Of a DNA stretch of 64,000 nucleotides, positions 21,168 through 31,546 are shown piece after piece. The notes under the pieces were generated by a model. The model was not told the origin of the DNA, made no database searches, and worked only from the letters and a program-made list of their open reading frames with translations. The translations under genes and the position numbers were made by a program. The stretch comes from Methanocaldococcus sp. 16A (GTDB taxonomy: Archaea; AGJL01; Methanococci; Methanococcales; Methanocaldococcaceae). Positions within the stretch are counted from its first letter, which is position 1, and each line of letters starts with the position of its first letter. The DNA is taken from the NCBI GenBank assembly GCA_049860595.1, contig CP187551.1. One strand, 5' to 3'.

Positions 21168-21728
21168 TTGATAGGAAAATTAAAGAGTATGTTTGGATTA
21201 AAAAAAGAAAAAGAAACAGAAAAAGATAGCTTAGAAGGAAAGGGATTAATTATATTTGAAAATACAAAGGATGCCATGAAGGCAGAGAATATTTTAAAAG
21301 ATAAATATAAAATTAAGGTGGTTGCTCCTCCAGTAGAGATTAGAGAGGGATGTGATTTGGCAATAGAATATGAGTTAATTGACGAATTTGGAATTAAAAG
21401 AGAATTAGAGAATAACAACATAAAACCTTTAAAATTTATCTCTTTAAATGATTATTCTTTAAAACCATTAGAGTTAATAAAAATTAAAGAAGTTGATGGA
21501 TTTATTTTAGTTAGATGTGGAAATATGAAGATAACTATTGATAAAGAAGGAAATATAGTTAATATCTCTGGTGGTGGTTGTCCTGATGTTCCTTATTTAG
21601 CATTAAAATTAAAAGGAAGAAATATTAAGGATATTAAAGAAGATGAAACTCCAAAAAATTTAGGCTTTACCTTATGTGCATACACATTAAATAAAGCATT
21701 TGAAAAGGCAAAAGAATTAATATCTTAA
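21168..21728 (+). CDS. DUF3343-domain protein with a Cys-containing C-terminal domain
   Basis: FENTKDAMKAE...PPVEIREGCDLAI (DUF3343), then SGGGCPDVP and TLCAY. TTG start after GGAGG. Confidence 0.75.
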   Translation: MIGKLKSMFGLKKEKETEKDSLEGKGLIIFENTKDAMKAENILKDKYKIKVVAPPVEIREGCDLAIEYELIDEFGIKRELENNNIKPLKFISLNDYSLKPLELIKIKEVDGFILVRCGNMKITIDKEGNIVNISGGGCPDVPYLALKLKGRNIKDIKEDETPKNLGFTLCAYTLNKAFEKAKELIS

Positions 21729-22219
21729 ACTTATCTTTATTTTTTATTGTGGTTTTTTCTATTAGTTTTTTCGTTATTTAATAACTATTTTTGGAGTTTA
21801 TTCTATTAACCATTCGTTTTTATGGATTAGTTCTATTATTTTATAACTATTTTAAAATATGGTATTTACTATTCTAAATATAAAACCACAAAATACACAA
21901 CCATTAAAACGAGTCCAATTGGTTCACCAGTTTTCACCTACTCATTCATTATAATTCCCAACTATCCTACTGTCACAATGATTGGTATGTTTTTTATTCT
22001 TTATAATAGTTTTAAATATTTTGTAACCCAAAATCGACAATACTTAAAAGATATTTACTAGAGAGCTCTTATGGTTGCTATAACATCATTATACACAATA
22101 CACAGACAGTGGAAGAAAAAATCATAATTAAATAATCATAACGATTAAATATTCATTATAATAATAAAAATAAAATTAAGATAAACTAAATCCACAAGCT
22201 AAGAAGGGTGTTATCATAA

Positions 22220-24265
22220 ATGAGTCGCTATAGAGTTGGTATCGATATTGGTGGGACATTTACGGACTTAGTTTACTTTGATGAGAAATCCAAGGAGTTC
22301 TCTGTGGTTAAGGTACCTACAACTCCAAAAAAACCTGCAGATGGTGCACTTAAAGCTATAGAGACTGCCAAAATTGAGCTAAAGGATATCTATATGCTAA
22401 TTCATGCTACAACACTTGGAACAAATATGTTTCTTGGTCAGGAAGGTCTAAACCCACCAAAGCTTGCCCTAATAACTACAAAGGGATTTAGAGACATTGT
22501 TGAAATTGGAAGGCAGAGAAGAGCCGATTTATACAATCTATTCTTTGAAAAGCCAAAGCCAATAGTGCTGAGAAGAGACAGGTACGAAGTTGAAGAAAGA
22601 ATCAATGCAAAAGGAGAAATTATCACACCACTTAACGAAGAAGAGTTACGTAGGATTGTTAGGGAGATCTACAGTAAGGGATACGAAATCATAGTAGTGT
22701 CGTTCCTACACAGCTACAGAAACCCTATCCACGAAATTAAAGCTAAAAAGATAATAAAAGAAGTATGCCCGGAGATTGAAGTAATTACATCACATGAAAT
22801 CAACCCCGAATATAAGGAGTATGAGAGAACTAGTACAGCCATCATCAACGCATTTCTAAGGCCAATGATGTCTAAATATTTAACAGCCCTTTTGGAAGCT
22901 TTAAAGAGCAAAGGATTCAAAGGTAGATTCTTCGTAATGCAGAGCAGTGGTGGAATTTCCACCATAGACTACGTAATCAAAAAATCAGCGGCGTTTGTAG
23001 AATCTGGACCGGCTGCTGGAGCAATAGCTGTTGCTTACTACTCTAAAATTACGGGAGATTCGAATATAATCGGATTTGACATGGGTGGAACAACAGCTAA
23101 AGCTTCTACAGTCATAAATCACGAGCCGTCAATAACGACAGAGTATGAGATCGGTGGCAAGGTTCATGCTGGAAGGCTTGTAAAAGGTTCTGGATATCCT
23201 GTTAGGTTTCCGTTTATAGATTTGGCTGAAGTAAGTGCAGGTGGAGGCACTATAGCCTGGGTTGATGAAGGAGGAGCTTTAAGAGTAGGGCCTATTAGTG
23301 CTGGGGCTGATCCTGGACCAGTTTGCTATGGAAGAGGTAATACAAAGCCAACGATTACCGATGCAAACTTTATTTTGGGTAGGCTAGGAGATAAGCTTGG
23401 TGGAGGAGTATTAACACTTAGAAGGGATTTAGCTGAAGATGCATTATCTAAGCTTGCAGATCAGCTTGGAATGAGCTTGGAAGAGACAGCATTCGGGATA
23501 ATAAAGCTTGCAAATACCGTGATGGCTAAAGCTTTGAGAATTGTTACTGTTGAGAGAGGTTATGATCCAAGAGACTTTACGATGTTCGTCTTTGGAGGAG
23601 CTGGAGGTTTGCACGGTGTTGAACTCGCTGAAGAACTGAATGTTAAATCCGTGCTGATTCCACAACACGCTGGAGTGTTCTCAGCTTTAGGACTTCTGCT
23701 TTCAGACTACAGAGTAGACAAGGTTAAGAGTGTAATAAAGGTAGTTGATGATATCAGTGAGGATGAAATAGAAAAAATATACACAAAGCTTGTTGATGAA
23801 GCCGTTAAAGAAGTTAGAGTTGAGAACGCAGAGATAAAAGTAATTAAACAAGTAGATATACGTTATAAAGGACAAGCTTATGAGATTACTATTCCTTGGT
23901 TGGGTAATATTGATGAATGCGTAGAGGCTTTCCACAAAAAGCATGAAGCACTTTACAGTTTCAGCTCTCCAGATGAGAATGTTGAGATTGTAAATCTAAG
24001 AGTTACAGCTATCGGTGTTATGCTTAAACCAGAGATAAAGCCTGAGAAAGTTGTAGAATATATACCAAAGCCTGAATATCACAGAGAAGTCTATTTCAGT
24101 GATGGTTGGATGAACTCGCCAATATATGCTCGTAATAAGCTAAAAGCTGGAGCTAAGATTGAAGGTCCGGCTGTGATTGAAGACTATGACACTACAATAG
24201 TCATTCCTCCGAACTATACAGCTTTTGTTGATGGCCACTTCAACATAAGGATTGTAAGGGATTAG
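22220..24265 (+). CDS. hyuA: Hydantoinase A/5-oxoprolinase ATP-binding subunit
   Basis: GIDIGGTFTD, HATTLGTN, EYERTST, ESGPAAG, DMGGTT, SAGADPGP and GGAG motifs. Confidence 0.92.
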   Translation: MSRYRVGIDIGGTFTDLVYFDEKSKEFSVVKVPTTPKKPADGALKAIETAKIELKDIYMLIHATTLGTNMFLGQEGLNPPKLALITTKGFRDIVEIGRQRRADLYNLFFEKPKPIVLRRDRYEVEERINAKGEIITPLNEEELRRIVREIYSKGYEIIVVSFLHSYRNPIHEIKAKKIIKEVCPEIEVITSHEINPEYKEYERTSTAIINAFLRPMMSKYLTALLEALKSKGFKGRFFVMQSSGGISTIDYVIKKSAAFVESGPAAGAIAVAYYSKITGDSNIIGFDMGGTTAKASTVINHEPSITTEYEIGGKVHAGRLVKGSGYPVRFPFIDLAEVSAGGGTIAWVDEGGALRVGPISAGADPGPVCYGRGNTKPTITDANFILGRLGDKLGGGVLTLRRDLAEDALSKLADQLGMSLEETAFGIIKLANTVMAKALRIVTVERGYDPRDFTMFVFGGAGGLHGVELAEELNVKSVLIPQHAGVFSALGLLLSDYRVDKVKSVIKVVDDISEDEIEKIYTKLVDEAVKEVRVENAEIKVIKQVDIRYKGQAYEITIPWLGNIDECVEAFHKKHEALYSFSSPDENVEIVNLRVTAIGVMLKPEIKPEKVVEYIPKPEYHREVYFSDGWMNSPIYARNKLKAGAKIEGPAVIEDYDTTIVIPPNYTAFVDGHFNIRIVRD

Positions 24266-24266
24266 A

Positions 24267-25979
24267 ATGGATGCTGTAACGATTGAAATTATAAGAAACT
24301 CTACAGAGTATATCGCTGAGGAGATGGGAATAGTTCTAAGAAATACAGCTTACTCTCCAAACATAAGGGACAGAATGGACTGTAGCTGTGCTGTTTTGTC
24401 TGCTAAAGGAGAGCTTGTTGCTCAAGCTGAGCACATTCCAGTCCATTTGGGTAGTATGGCTGTTGGAGCGAAAAACATAGTAGAATACATCGAAAAAGAA
24501 GGTATAGAGATTGAAGACGGCGATGTAATAGTCGTAAATGATCCATATATAGCTGGAACGCATCTAAACGACATAACTCTACTCAAGCCGATATTTTACA
24601 ACAGCAGAATGCTCGGTTTCGTTGCGAATAAAGCCCACCATGTCGATGTTGGTGGGAGAGTTCCAGGAAGCATAGGTATCAATGCAAAGGAGTTTGTTGA
24701 GGAAGGTATAGTTATTCCACCCACAAAGCTAGTCAAGAAGGGCAAGCTCGACAACGAGATCCTTAGGCTGATAGCTTCGAACGTCAGAGTTCCCAAGTGT
24801 ACTATTGGAGATCTAAAGGCTCAAATAGCCTCACTAAACATCGGAACGAAGAGGATTTTGGAGTTAGTAAAGAAATATGGCTATGAATGCGTTGTTGAAG
24901 CTTGGAATAGGAGCTTGGATTATACGGAGAACTATCTAAAGTCTAAGATAGATCAGATTCCAGATTGTGAAAGCGAAGCTGTAGATTACCTTGAGCTGGG
25001 TGATGAACTGATTAACATAAACGCTAAGATCGAAATAAAAGGCAACAGACTTAGAGTAGATTTTACGGGGACTCATGAGCAAATTGACGCTCCACTGAAT
25101 GCCGTTTACGGAGTAACAGTTGCATCAACATCCTTCGCATTGAAGGCTGTTTTAGATCCAGATCTACCTATGAACTACGGCTTTTTTAGAGCGGTTGATA
25201 TCTACGCTCCAGAAGAGACAATTGTAAATCCAGTAAAACCAGCTCCGGTATCGGCAGGTAATGTCGAAACTTCTCAGCGTATTGTAGATGTTCTTCTGAA
25301 AGCTTTATCGGAGATATTTCCAGATAGGGTGCCAGCCGCTTCGCATGGAAGTATGAACAACGTAGTTATCGGTAGTCAAACTTGGACTTTCTACGAAACG
25401 CTCGGAGGAGGTATGGGAGCTCGGCCTAGTAAAGATGGAGTAGATGGTGTACATACGAACATGACAAATACTATGAATACGCCAATAGAGGTTATTGAAA
25501 ACGAATATCCGATACTCGTGCTCGAATATTCTCTGCGAGATGATTCTGGAGGGGCTGGAAAGTTCAGAGGTGGGTTGGGCATAAAAAGGGTCTACAAGGT
25601 TCTATCTAACGCTGTTCTATCGATTATAGCTGAAAGAGTGAAACTCAGACCTTGGGGACTTAAGGGGGGCATGGACGGAGCTTCTGGTGAGCATTACGTG
25701 ATAAAAGCTAATGGAAAAAAGATTCAGCTTTCTGGTAAGGATACTGCTACCTTAAGTAAGGGAGATGTGGTTGTCATAAACACCCCTAGTGGAGGTGGCT
25801 ATGGCAAGCCAGAGGAGAGAGATCCATATTTAGTTTTAGAGGATGTTAAGGATGGTAAGATTTCATTGTCTTCCGCGTATGAGCAATATCTGGTTAAAAT
25901 TGTTGAGAAAAATGGAAAACTTATTGTCGATTTTGATGAAACTGAAAGGATGAGAAGATTTGGCTTGAAAGGTGATTAG
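24267..25979 (+). CDS. hyuB: Hydantoinase B/5-oxoprolinase subunit
   Basis: HIPVHLGS, NDPY..GTHLND, AHHVDVGG, SGGAGKFRGG and TPSGGGYG motifs. Confidence 0.92.
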   Translation: MDAVTIEIIRNSTEYIAEEMGIVLRNTAYSPNIRDRMDCSCAVLSAKGELVAQAEHIPVHLGSMAVGAKNIVEYIEKEGIEIEDGDVIVVNDPYIAGTHLNDITLLKPIFYNSRMLGFVANKAHHVDVGGRVPGSIGINAKEFVEEGIVIPPTKLVKKGKLDNEILRLIASNVRVPKCTIGDLKAQIASLNIGTKRILELVKKYGYECVVEAWNRSLDYTENYLKSKIDQIPDCESEAVDYLELGDELININAKIEIKGNRLRVDFTGTHEQIDAPLNAVYGVTVASTSFALKAVLDPDLPMNYGFFRAVDIYAPEETIVNPVKPAPVSAGNVETSQRIVDVLLKALSEIFPDRVPAASHGSMNNVVIGSQTWTFYETLGGGMGARPSKDGVDGVHTNMTNTMNTPIEVIENEYPILVLEYSLRDDSGGAGKFRGGLGIKRVYKVLSNAVLSIIAERVKLRPWGLKGGMDGASGEHYVIKANGKKIQLSGKDTATLSKGDVVVINTPSGGGYGKPEERDPYLVLEDVKDGKISLSSAYEQYLVKIVEKNGKLIVDFDETERMRRFGLKGD

Positions 25980-26419
25980 AGAGATTGATAACCTTATGAA
26001 ATAGATTTTGTAGTCTTCTACATCTTGATGATATAACATCTAATAGTACAACCACAAACATCGTCGCTCTTAATCTTTCCCAATATTGAATCAACTATTG
26101 CAACAAATCGTTATCTAAAATATCGAGAGGTTAGATAGTTGATTAGAGGCCTTCTATTTATTAGAATATCATTTGTGTTGCTAACTTATTCTTTATCACT
26201 GTTTTTTATGAAGTATTTAAGTTATATCTATTTCTATTTTTTTGATTTTAAGGCAGATATCGTTAATTCACACTCAGTAAAATATGGTGTAGTGTGATAA
26301 TATAAATATTACAAAAATTTTGTCACCTAAAATATTACTAAACAAATAGAAATTATTATATATTGATGACTATTATGCATATAATTATTTGTAAAAATTT
26401 TAAAAATGTGATATTTTGA

Positions 26420-26776
26420 ATATGAAAAGAATTAGAATTTTGTTATGGGGATTATGCGATTTGAGGCAGTGATTTTTACATAATGATAAATCATATCCTA
26501 CAAAATGCTGTAATACCAATAATTCCTCTTGTAACTCTAATGTATTGCTAGTTTGAGTTTTCTTGGTTGGGTGTTCAGCTACAACTCCTGAACTAGGGCT
26601 TATGTTGAAAGAAAATGACATACATGGATACAGCATCACGGTTGATGTTTTTTCTAGGTTTGTTGTTGTCAATTTGCATATTATTATTTAATACTCTTGG
26701 AAATGCACTAAGAGGCATTCTCGATCCAGGAAGGGAAAAATGTAATATAAAGATATTATCAAAAAAGGTGATATAA
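26420..26776 (+). pseudogene. Frameshifted 3' remnant of a DppC/NikC-type ABC permease
   Basis: Fragments across frames (GSDFYIMINHILQNAVIPIIPLVTL / SLSFLG / TTPELGLMLKE / TYMDTASRLMFFLG...FNTLGNALRGILDP) align with the intact permease at 30683-31546 (GASDLWILLKHIIPNAIPPIIVLATL / SLGFLG / PTPEWG / FNLLGDGLRDVLEP). The stop at 26774-26776 overlaps the next ATG (TAATG). Confidence 0.8.
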
Positions 26777-27408
26777 TGGATATTAAAGAATATATTAAAT
26801 CAAGATGGGATCATCATGCAAAAAACTACGATGATATACCAGCACACGGTATAAATTCTGAAAAAGATAAAAAAGTTATTAAAAATGCTTTACAGAACAT
26901 ACTTGGAAAAGGAAAAAAAGTTCTTGATGTTGGGTGTGGAACAGGTTTTTTATCATTAATCTTGGCTGAATTAGGACATGAAGTTATAGGTGTTGATATA
27001 TCGGAAGGGATGATAAGTAAAGCGAAAAAGAAAGCCAAAGAGAAGGGATATGATATTTTATTTATGATTGCAGATGCAGAAAATTTGCCTTTTGAAAATA
27101 ACTCTTTTGATGCAGTTGTGGAGAGACACATACTATGGACACTCCCAAATCCAGAAAAAGCCATTAGTGGATGGTCTAAACTTCTAAAAAATGGAGGTAA
27201 ATTAATATTAATCGAAAGTGAAAAAAAGGAAGAAAATATTGCCAGCCACCATTACAATGAAGAAATTGCAAAGAAACTCCCTTTTTCAAACGGTATAGAT
27301 TTGGAAAAATTCAAAGAGATTGCAAATAAATGCAATTTAACATTTAAAGTAGAAACTTTGGACTGCGAAAGAATAAATTTAATGATTATTTGTGAAAAAA
27401 TTTTCTAA
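26776..27408 (+). CDS. Class I SAM-dependent methyltransferase
   Basis: VLDVGCGTG, DAENLPF and RHILWTLPNP motifs. Confidence 0.9.
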   Translation: MDIKEYIKSRWDHHAKNYDDIPAHGINSEKDKKVIKNALQNILGKGKKVLDVGCGTGFLSLILAELGHEVIGVDISEGMISKAKKKAKEKGYDILFMIADAENLPFENNSFDAVVERHILWTLPNPEKAISGWSKLLKNGGKLILIESEKKEENIASHHYNEEIAKKLPFSNGIDLEKFKEIANKCNLTFKVETLDCERINLMIICEKIF

Positions 27409-27594
27409 TTTTTTTGTTTATTTAATTTATTTAATTTTGATGTTATTGTTAATTGTATATAATATGTGCGTAATTAAGATTATTAAAAAATTAATTTTTG
27501 GTTGTAGAATGATAGGACTGTTAGAGTATTTAATTGAATCCTTGATATACAATTGAAAAGATTCATGTAGAATTTTCTTCATTGTATCCAATGC

Positions 27595-27610
27595 TATTAA
27601 AAAATCTAAT
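27595..27610. promoter_or_regulatory. Candidate operator upstream of the cyclophilin-like gene
   Basis: TATTAAAAAATCTAAT matches 16999-17014 at 15/16. Confidence 0.4.
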
Positions 27611-27695
27611 TGCTAAATTATTAAAATTATTTATACCAATTCATCCCAAAAAAAAAATAAGAAGTTTCAAACAGCAAAAGAATTGGTGATGAAAA

Positions 27696-28070
27696 ATGAA
27701 AGTTAAAATTAAAGTTAAGGATTTTGAAGTTGAAGCAGAGCTTTATGAAGATATTGCCCCAAAAACGGTAAGTGCAATAGCTAAAGCACTACCAATAAAA
27801 GGTGTTGTGAATAGATGGGGAGATGAGATTTATTTTGAAACTGATGTTGTTGTTAATGAAGAGGAGAATTCAAAGGAATATGTTGAGTTAGGAGACATTG
27901 CTTATTGGATTCCTGGAAGAGCTATTTGTATCTTCTTTGGAAAGACACCAATAAGCGATGACGACAAAATAAAACCTGCGAGTGCTGTAAATGTTATTGG
28001 GAAAGTTAAGGACTGGAAGAAGTTTAAAGATGTTTGGGATGGAGAGATAATTGAAATTGTTAAGGCATAA
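27696..28070 (+). CDS. Cyclophilin-like fold protein (TM1367/DUF369-like)
   Basis: RWGDEIYF, GDIAYW.PG.AICIFFGKTP and PASAVNVIG motifs. Confidence 0.85.
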   Translation: MKVKIKVKDFEVEAELYEDIAPKTVSAIAKALPIKGVVNRWGDEIYFETDVVVNEEENSKEYVELGDIAYWIPGRAICIFFGKTPISDDDKIKPASAVNVIGKVKDWKKFKDVWDGEIIEIVKA

Positions 28071-28850
28071 TTAAACTTTATGCCCTTCAACAAGGAAATA
28101 AGATTTATTTTTCCAAGCTATTCTGTATAGATATGGAACATTTTTATTTAACTCTTCTCTAATCCATTTAAGATTTTTTACAGAAATATTAGTTAAATTT
28201 GCATTTTTAAATAAATTTACAATATCTTCTGGATTTGAACCTCCATAAAATGGGAGTTTTTTATTAATCTCTTTGTCATAGATATTTTTATTTTTCCAAG
28301 GATTTCTTTTTTCATATATCATTATTGCTATCTGTCCAATAAGTTTTCTAATTTTTTCTTCAAAAGTCTTTTCCATCCATTTACCATCAATAGCAACAAC
28401 CTTACCTCCTTTCTTCACAACTCTACTCCACTCATTAATAGCTTTTTGTGGATTTGGCAGAGTCCATAAGAGATGCCTATTTATAACAGCATCAAACTCT
28501 TTATCATCAAATGGTAGGTTTTCAGCATCTGCAATCATAAATTCTATATCTAAACCTCTATCTTTAGCCTTATTTTTAGCCCTTTCAAGCATTTTTTCAG
28601 ATAAATCGATACCAACAACCTCATGCCCTAACTCTGCCAATAAAATTGCCAAAAATCCAGTTCCTGTCCCTACATCCAATATCCTCAATTTTTTATCTCC
28701 AAATGTCTCATATAATACACTTTTCCAGACTTCTGGCAAACCAGAGTGTCCTGGTGAGTTATCATAAGTTTCACTTCTCATGTCCCAATATTTTTTGATA
28801 TAATTTTTTACATCTTCCATAATATCCCTCTTTATGCATATAAGTGGCAT
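28071..28850 (-). CDS. Class I SAM-dependent methyltransferase, last gene of the ABC operon
   Basis: ILDVGTGTG, DAENLPF and RHLLWTLPNP motifs; paralogue of 26776-27408. The real start is probably the internal Met (MEDVKN). Confidence 0.88.
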   Translation of the reverse strand: MPLICIKRDIMEDVKNYIKKYWDMRSETYDNSPGHSGLPEVWKSVLYETFGDKKLRILDVGTGTGFLAILLAELGHEVVGIDLSEKMLERAKNKAKDRGLDIEFMIADAENLPFDDKEFDAVINRHLLWTLPNPQKAINEWSRVVKKGGKVVAIDGKWMEKTFEEKIRKLIGQIAIMIYEKRNPWKNKNIYDKEINKKLPFYGGSNPEDIVNLFKNANLTNISVKNLKWIREELNKNVPYLYRIAWKNKSYFLVEGHKV

Positions 28851-29749
28851 CTAACCTTTCTTTTTTTATCAACTTCAACCAATGGAGGAGTTTCTTTTAG
28901 GCATTTTTCACAGCGTTGTGGGCAGAGATTGTAATATTTACAACCCTCGACAAAACCTAAGCTTTTTTTAATCTCCAATTCTGTATCGGCTATTTCTTCC
29001 TCCATCTTTAGAGATTTTACAAGGAGTTGTGTGTATGGATGTAAAGGCTCATCCAAAATATCTTTTCCTTCTTCAACAATCTGCCCAGCATACATTACAG
29101 CCATTCTATGCCCCATTATGTTTGCAACATCCAAATCATGGGTTATAAATAGATAAGAGAGATTTCTCTCTTTCTGTAATTCTATAAGGAGATTAAGGAT
29201 AGATGCCTGAACAGAAACATCTAACATAGATGTTGGCTCATCACAGACAATAAATTTAGGGTTTAAGGACATTGCCCTTGCTATAACTGCTCTCTGTAGT
29301 TCCCCTCCACTAAGCTCATGTGGAAATCTATTTAAATGGTCTTCTTTTAACCCAACAACTTCTATGAGTTCTTTAATTTTATCATACTCATTATCTGCAA
29401 TTTTGTGAATCCTTAACGGCTCTGCAATGCTATCATATATTGTCCATCTTGGGTCTAATGCAGTATCTGGATATTGAGGAATTAGCTGCATTTCCTTCCT
29501 AATCTTCCTTAATTCTGATTTCTTCATTTTTGTGAGGTTTTTTCCTTCAAAGATAACCTCTCCTTTAGTTGGTTCTGTTAGCATTAACAGCATTCTACCC
29601 AATGTTGATTTCCCACTACCACTCTCACCAATCAACGCCAATGTTTCTCCTTTTTTAATTTCTATATCAACCCCATCAACTGCAACAACCCTTCGTTTTG
29701 AAAATATTCCAAATTCAAAGATCTTATACAAATTTTTACCTTCAATCAT
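28832..29749 (-). CDS. Peptide/nickel ABC transporter ATPase (DppF/OppF type)
   Basis: GESGSGKS, LSGGE, CDEPT and a C-terminal Cys cluster. Confidence 0.93.
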   Translation of the reverse strand: MIEGKNLYKIFEFGIFSKRRVVAVDGVDIEIKKGETLALIGESGSGKSTLGRMLLMLTEPTKGEVIFEGKNLTKMKKSELRKIRKEMQLIPQYPDTALDPRWTIYDSIAEPLRIHKIADNEYDKIKELIEVVGLKEDHLNRFPHELSGGELQRAVIARAMSLNPKFIVCDEPTSMLDVSVQASILNLLIELQKERNLSYLFITHDLDVANIMGHRMAVMYAGQIVEEGKDILDEPLHPYTQLLVKSLKMEEEIADTELEIKKSLGFVEGCKYYNLCPQRCEKCLKETPPLVEVDKKRKVRCHLYA

Positions 29750-30683
29750 AGAGATAGCACCTCACAAAGTTCCCATTATGTTCAAAGAATGGGGGCTCTT
29801 TTAGACATTTTTCTGTAGCAAATTCACATCTTGGATGAAACTTGCAACCTTTTGGAGGATTTATCATACTTGGGGAGTTTCCTGGAATTGGTTTTAATCC
29901 ATTGGATGGAAGGGATTCTAAGAGGGCTTTTGAATATGGGTGTAAAGGATTTTTAAAGAAATCTTCTGCTTTACTAATCTCAACCACTTGCCCACAATAC
30001 ATAACTGCAACTCTATCAGCCAATTTTTTAGCAAATGGGATGTCATGAGTTATTAAAAGCAGAGAAAGCTTATCATTATCTTTTTTAATCTTTTCAAAAA
30101 GCTTAACAACTCTAACTTTCTTTATTACATCAACACCCTTTGTCGGCTCATCTGCAATAATTAGCTTAGGTTTTGTTGAAGTTCCCATAGCCACTAAAGC
30201 CCTCTGCCGCATTCCTCCACTGTATTGGTGAGGGTATTCGTAAGCTCTCTTTCTTGCAGGATGAATGCCAAAGTAATCTAAAAGCTCAACAGACCTTTCT
30301 AATGCATCTTTTTTGTTTAATTTTAGATGTAACATCATCGGCTCCGCTACTTGATAACCAACTTTTAATACTGGATTTAGAGATGTTGAAGGACTTTGAG
30401 GAACCCATGCTATTTCTTTCCCCCTAATCTTTCTCATTTCCCTCTCTGGCAGAGAGAGGAGGTTTTTTCCATTAAAGATTATTTCTCCACTAATCTCAGT
30501 ATTTTCTGGCAATAATCTTAGTATTGAAAGTCCCAAAACAGATTTCCCACTACCACTCTCTCCTATTAGGCAGAGAGTTTCACCCTCTTTTATGCTAATG
30601 CTAACACCATTAACTGCCCTAACTTTAACATCCTCTAACAAAAAATTCACATATAGATTTTTAACAATCAGCAAATCATTCAT
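29742..30683 (-). CDS. Peptide/nickel ABC transporter ATPase (DppD/OppD type)
   Basis: GESGSGKS, YSGGMRQR, ADEPT and GCKFHPRC motifs. Confidence 0.93.
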   Translation of the reverse strand: MNDLLIVKNLYVNFLLEDVKVRAVNGVSISIKEGETLCLIGESGSGKSVLGLSILRLLPENTEISGEIIFNGKNLLSLPEREMRKIRGKEIAWVPQSPSTSLNPVLKVGYQVAEPMMLHLKLNKKDALERSVELLDYFGIHPARKRAYEYPHQYSGGMRQRALVAMGTSTKPKLIIADEPTKGVDVIKKVRVVKLFEKIKKDNDKLSLLLITHDIPFAKKLADRVAVMYCGQVVEISKAEDFFKNPLHPYSKALLESLPSNGLKPIPGNSPSMINPPKGCKFHPRCEFATEKCLKEPPFFEHNGNFVRCYLYD

Positions 30684-31546
30684 TATGTCACTCTCCTTGA
30701 TTTTGGCTCTAAAACATCTCTTAAACCATCACCAAGTAAGTTAAATCCAAGTATAGCAAGCATTATAGCTAAACCAGGAAATACCATAATCCAAGGAGCT
30801 GTTGTTAGATAGTTTTTTCCAGAGTTTAGAATTTGTCCCCATTCTGGTGTTGGTGGCTGAATCCCTAAGCCTAAAAAACCTAAACTGGCTATGGTCATAA
30901 TCACATTTCCAACATTTAGTGTGGCAAGTACAATTATTGGTGGAATTGCATTTGGGATAATATGCTTTAATAAAATCCATAAATCAGAAGCTCCCATCAT
31001 CCTTGCAGAGGTTATAAATTCCCTCTCTTTTATTGATAAAACAATTCCTCTTGTTAACCTTGCATAGGTAACCCAGTTCGTAAATATAATTGCAAATATA
31101 ACAACCCAAATTGAGGATGTGGATTCTAAAACCACGCACAAAACTCCAACCAATGCAATGTTGAATATAAGTTCTGGAATCGCCAAAAATACATCTATAA
31201 TTCTCCCAATAATGTCATCTACTACTCCTCCAACATATCCACTTATAGCTCCAATTAAACATCCAACAGTTAATGAAATGATTGATATTGTTATAGCAAC
31301 AATTAGAGTTACTCTTGCCCCATAAACAATCCTTGAGAACAAATCCCTTCCCAATTGGTCTGTGCCAAATGGATGTTCTAATGATGGAGGTGACAATCTT
31401 TCAACCATGTTTGTTTTGTAAGGGTCTTTTGCTATTATTGGGGCTAATAAACCAGCTAATGTTATTAAAGAGATAATTATCAAACCCGCAAGACATGTTT
31501 TGTTTTTTAGCATTGCCTTTATTGTATCCTTCAATCTAATCACCAT
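30683..31546 (-). CDS. Peptide/nickel ABC transporter permease (DppC/NikC)
   Basis: HPFGTDQLGRD, EAA-like loop, PPTPEWG and GDGLRD motifs. Confidence 0.93.
   Translation of the reverse strand: MVIRLKDTIKAMLKNKTCLAGLIIISLITLAGLLAPIIAKDPYKTNMVERLSPPSLEHPFGTDQLGRDLFSRIVYGARVTLIVAITISIISLTVGCLIGAISGYVGGVVDDIIGRIIDVFLAIPELIFNIALVGVLCVVLESTSSIWVVIFAIIFTNWVTYARLTRGIVLSIKEREFITSARMMGASDLWILLKHIIPNAIPPIIVLATLNVGNVIMTIASLGFLGLGIQPPTPEWGQILNSGKNYLTTAPWIMVFPGLAIMLAILGFNLLGDGLRDVLEPKSRRVT

Noticed and set aside
26400-26672. 90-aa minus-strand ORF
   Set aside because: It is the antisense shadow of the plus-strand dppC pseudogene.
27511-27530. ATAGGACTGTTAG resembling a family-A MITE end
   Set aside because: Only about 8 nt match and no partner end was found.
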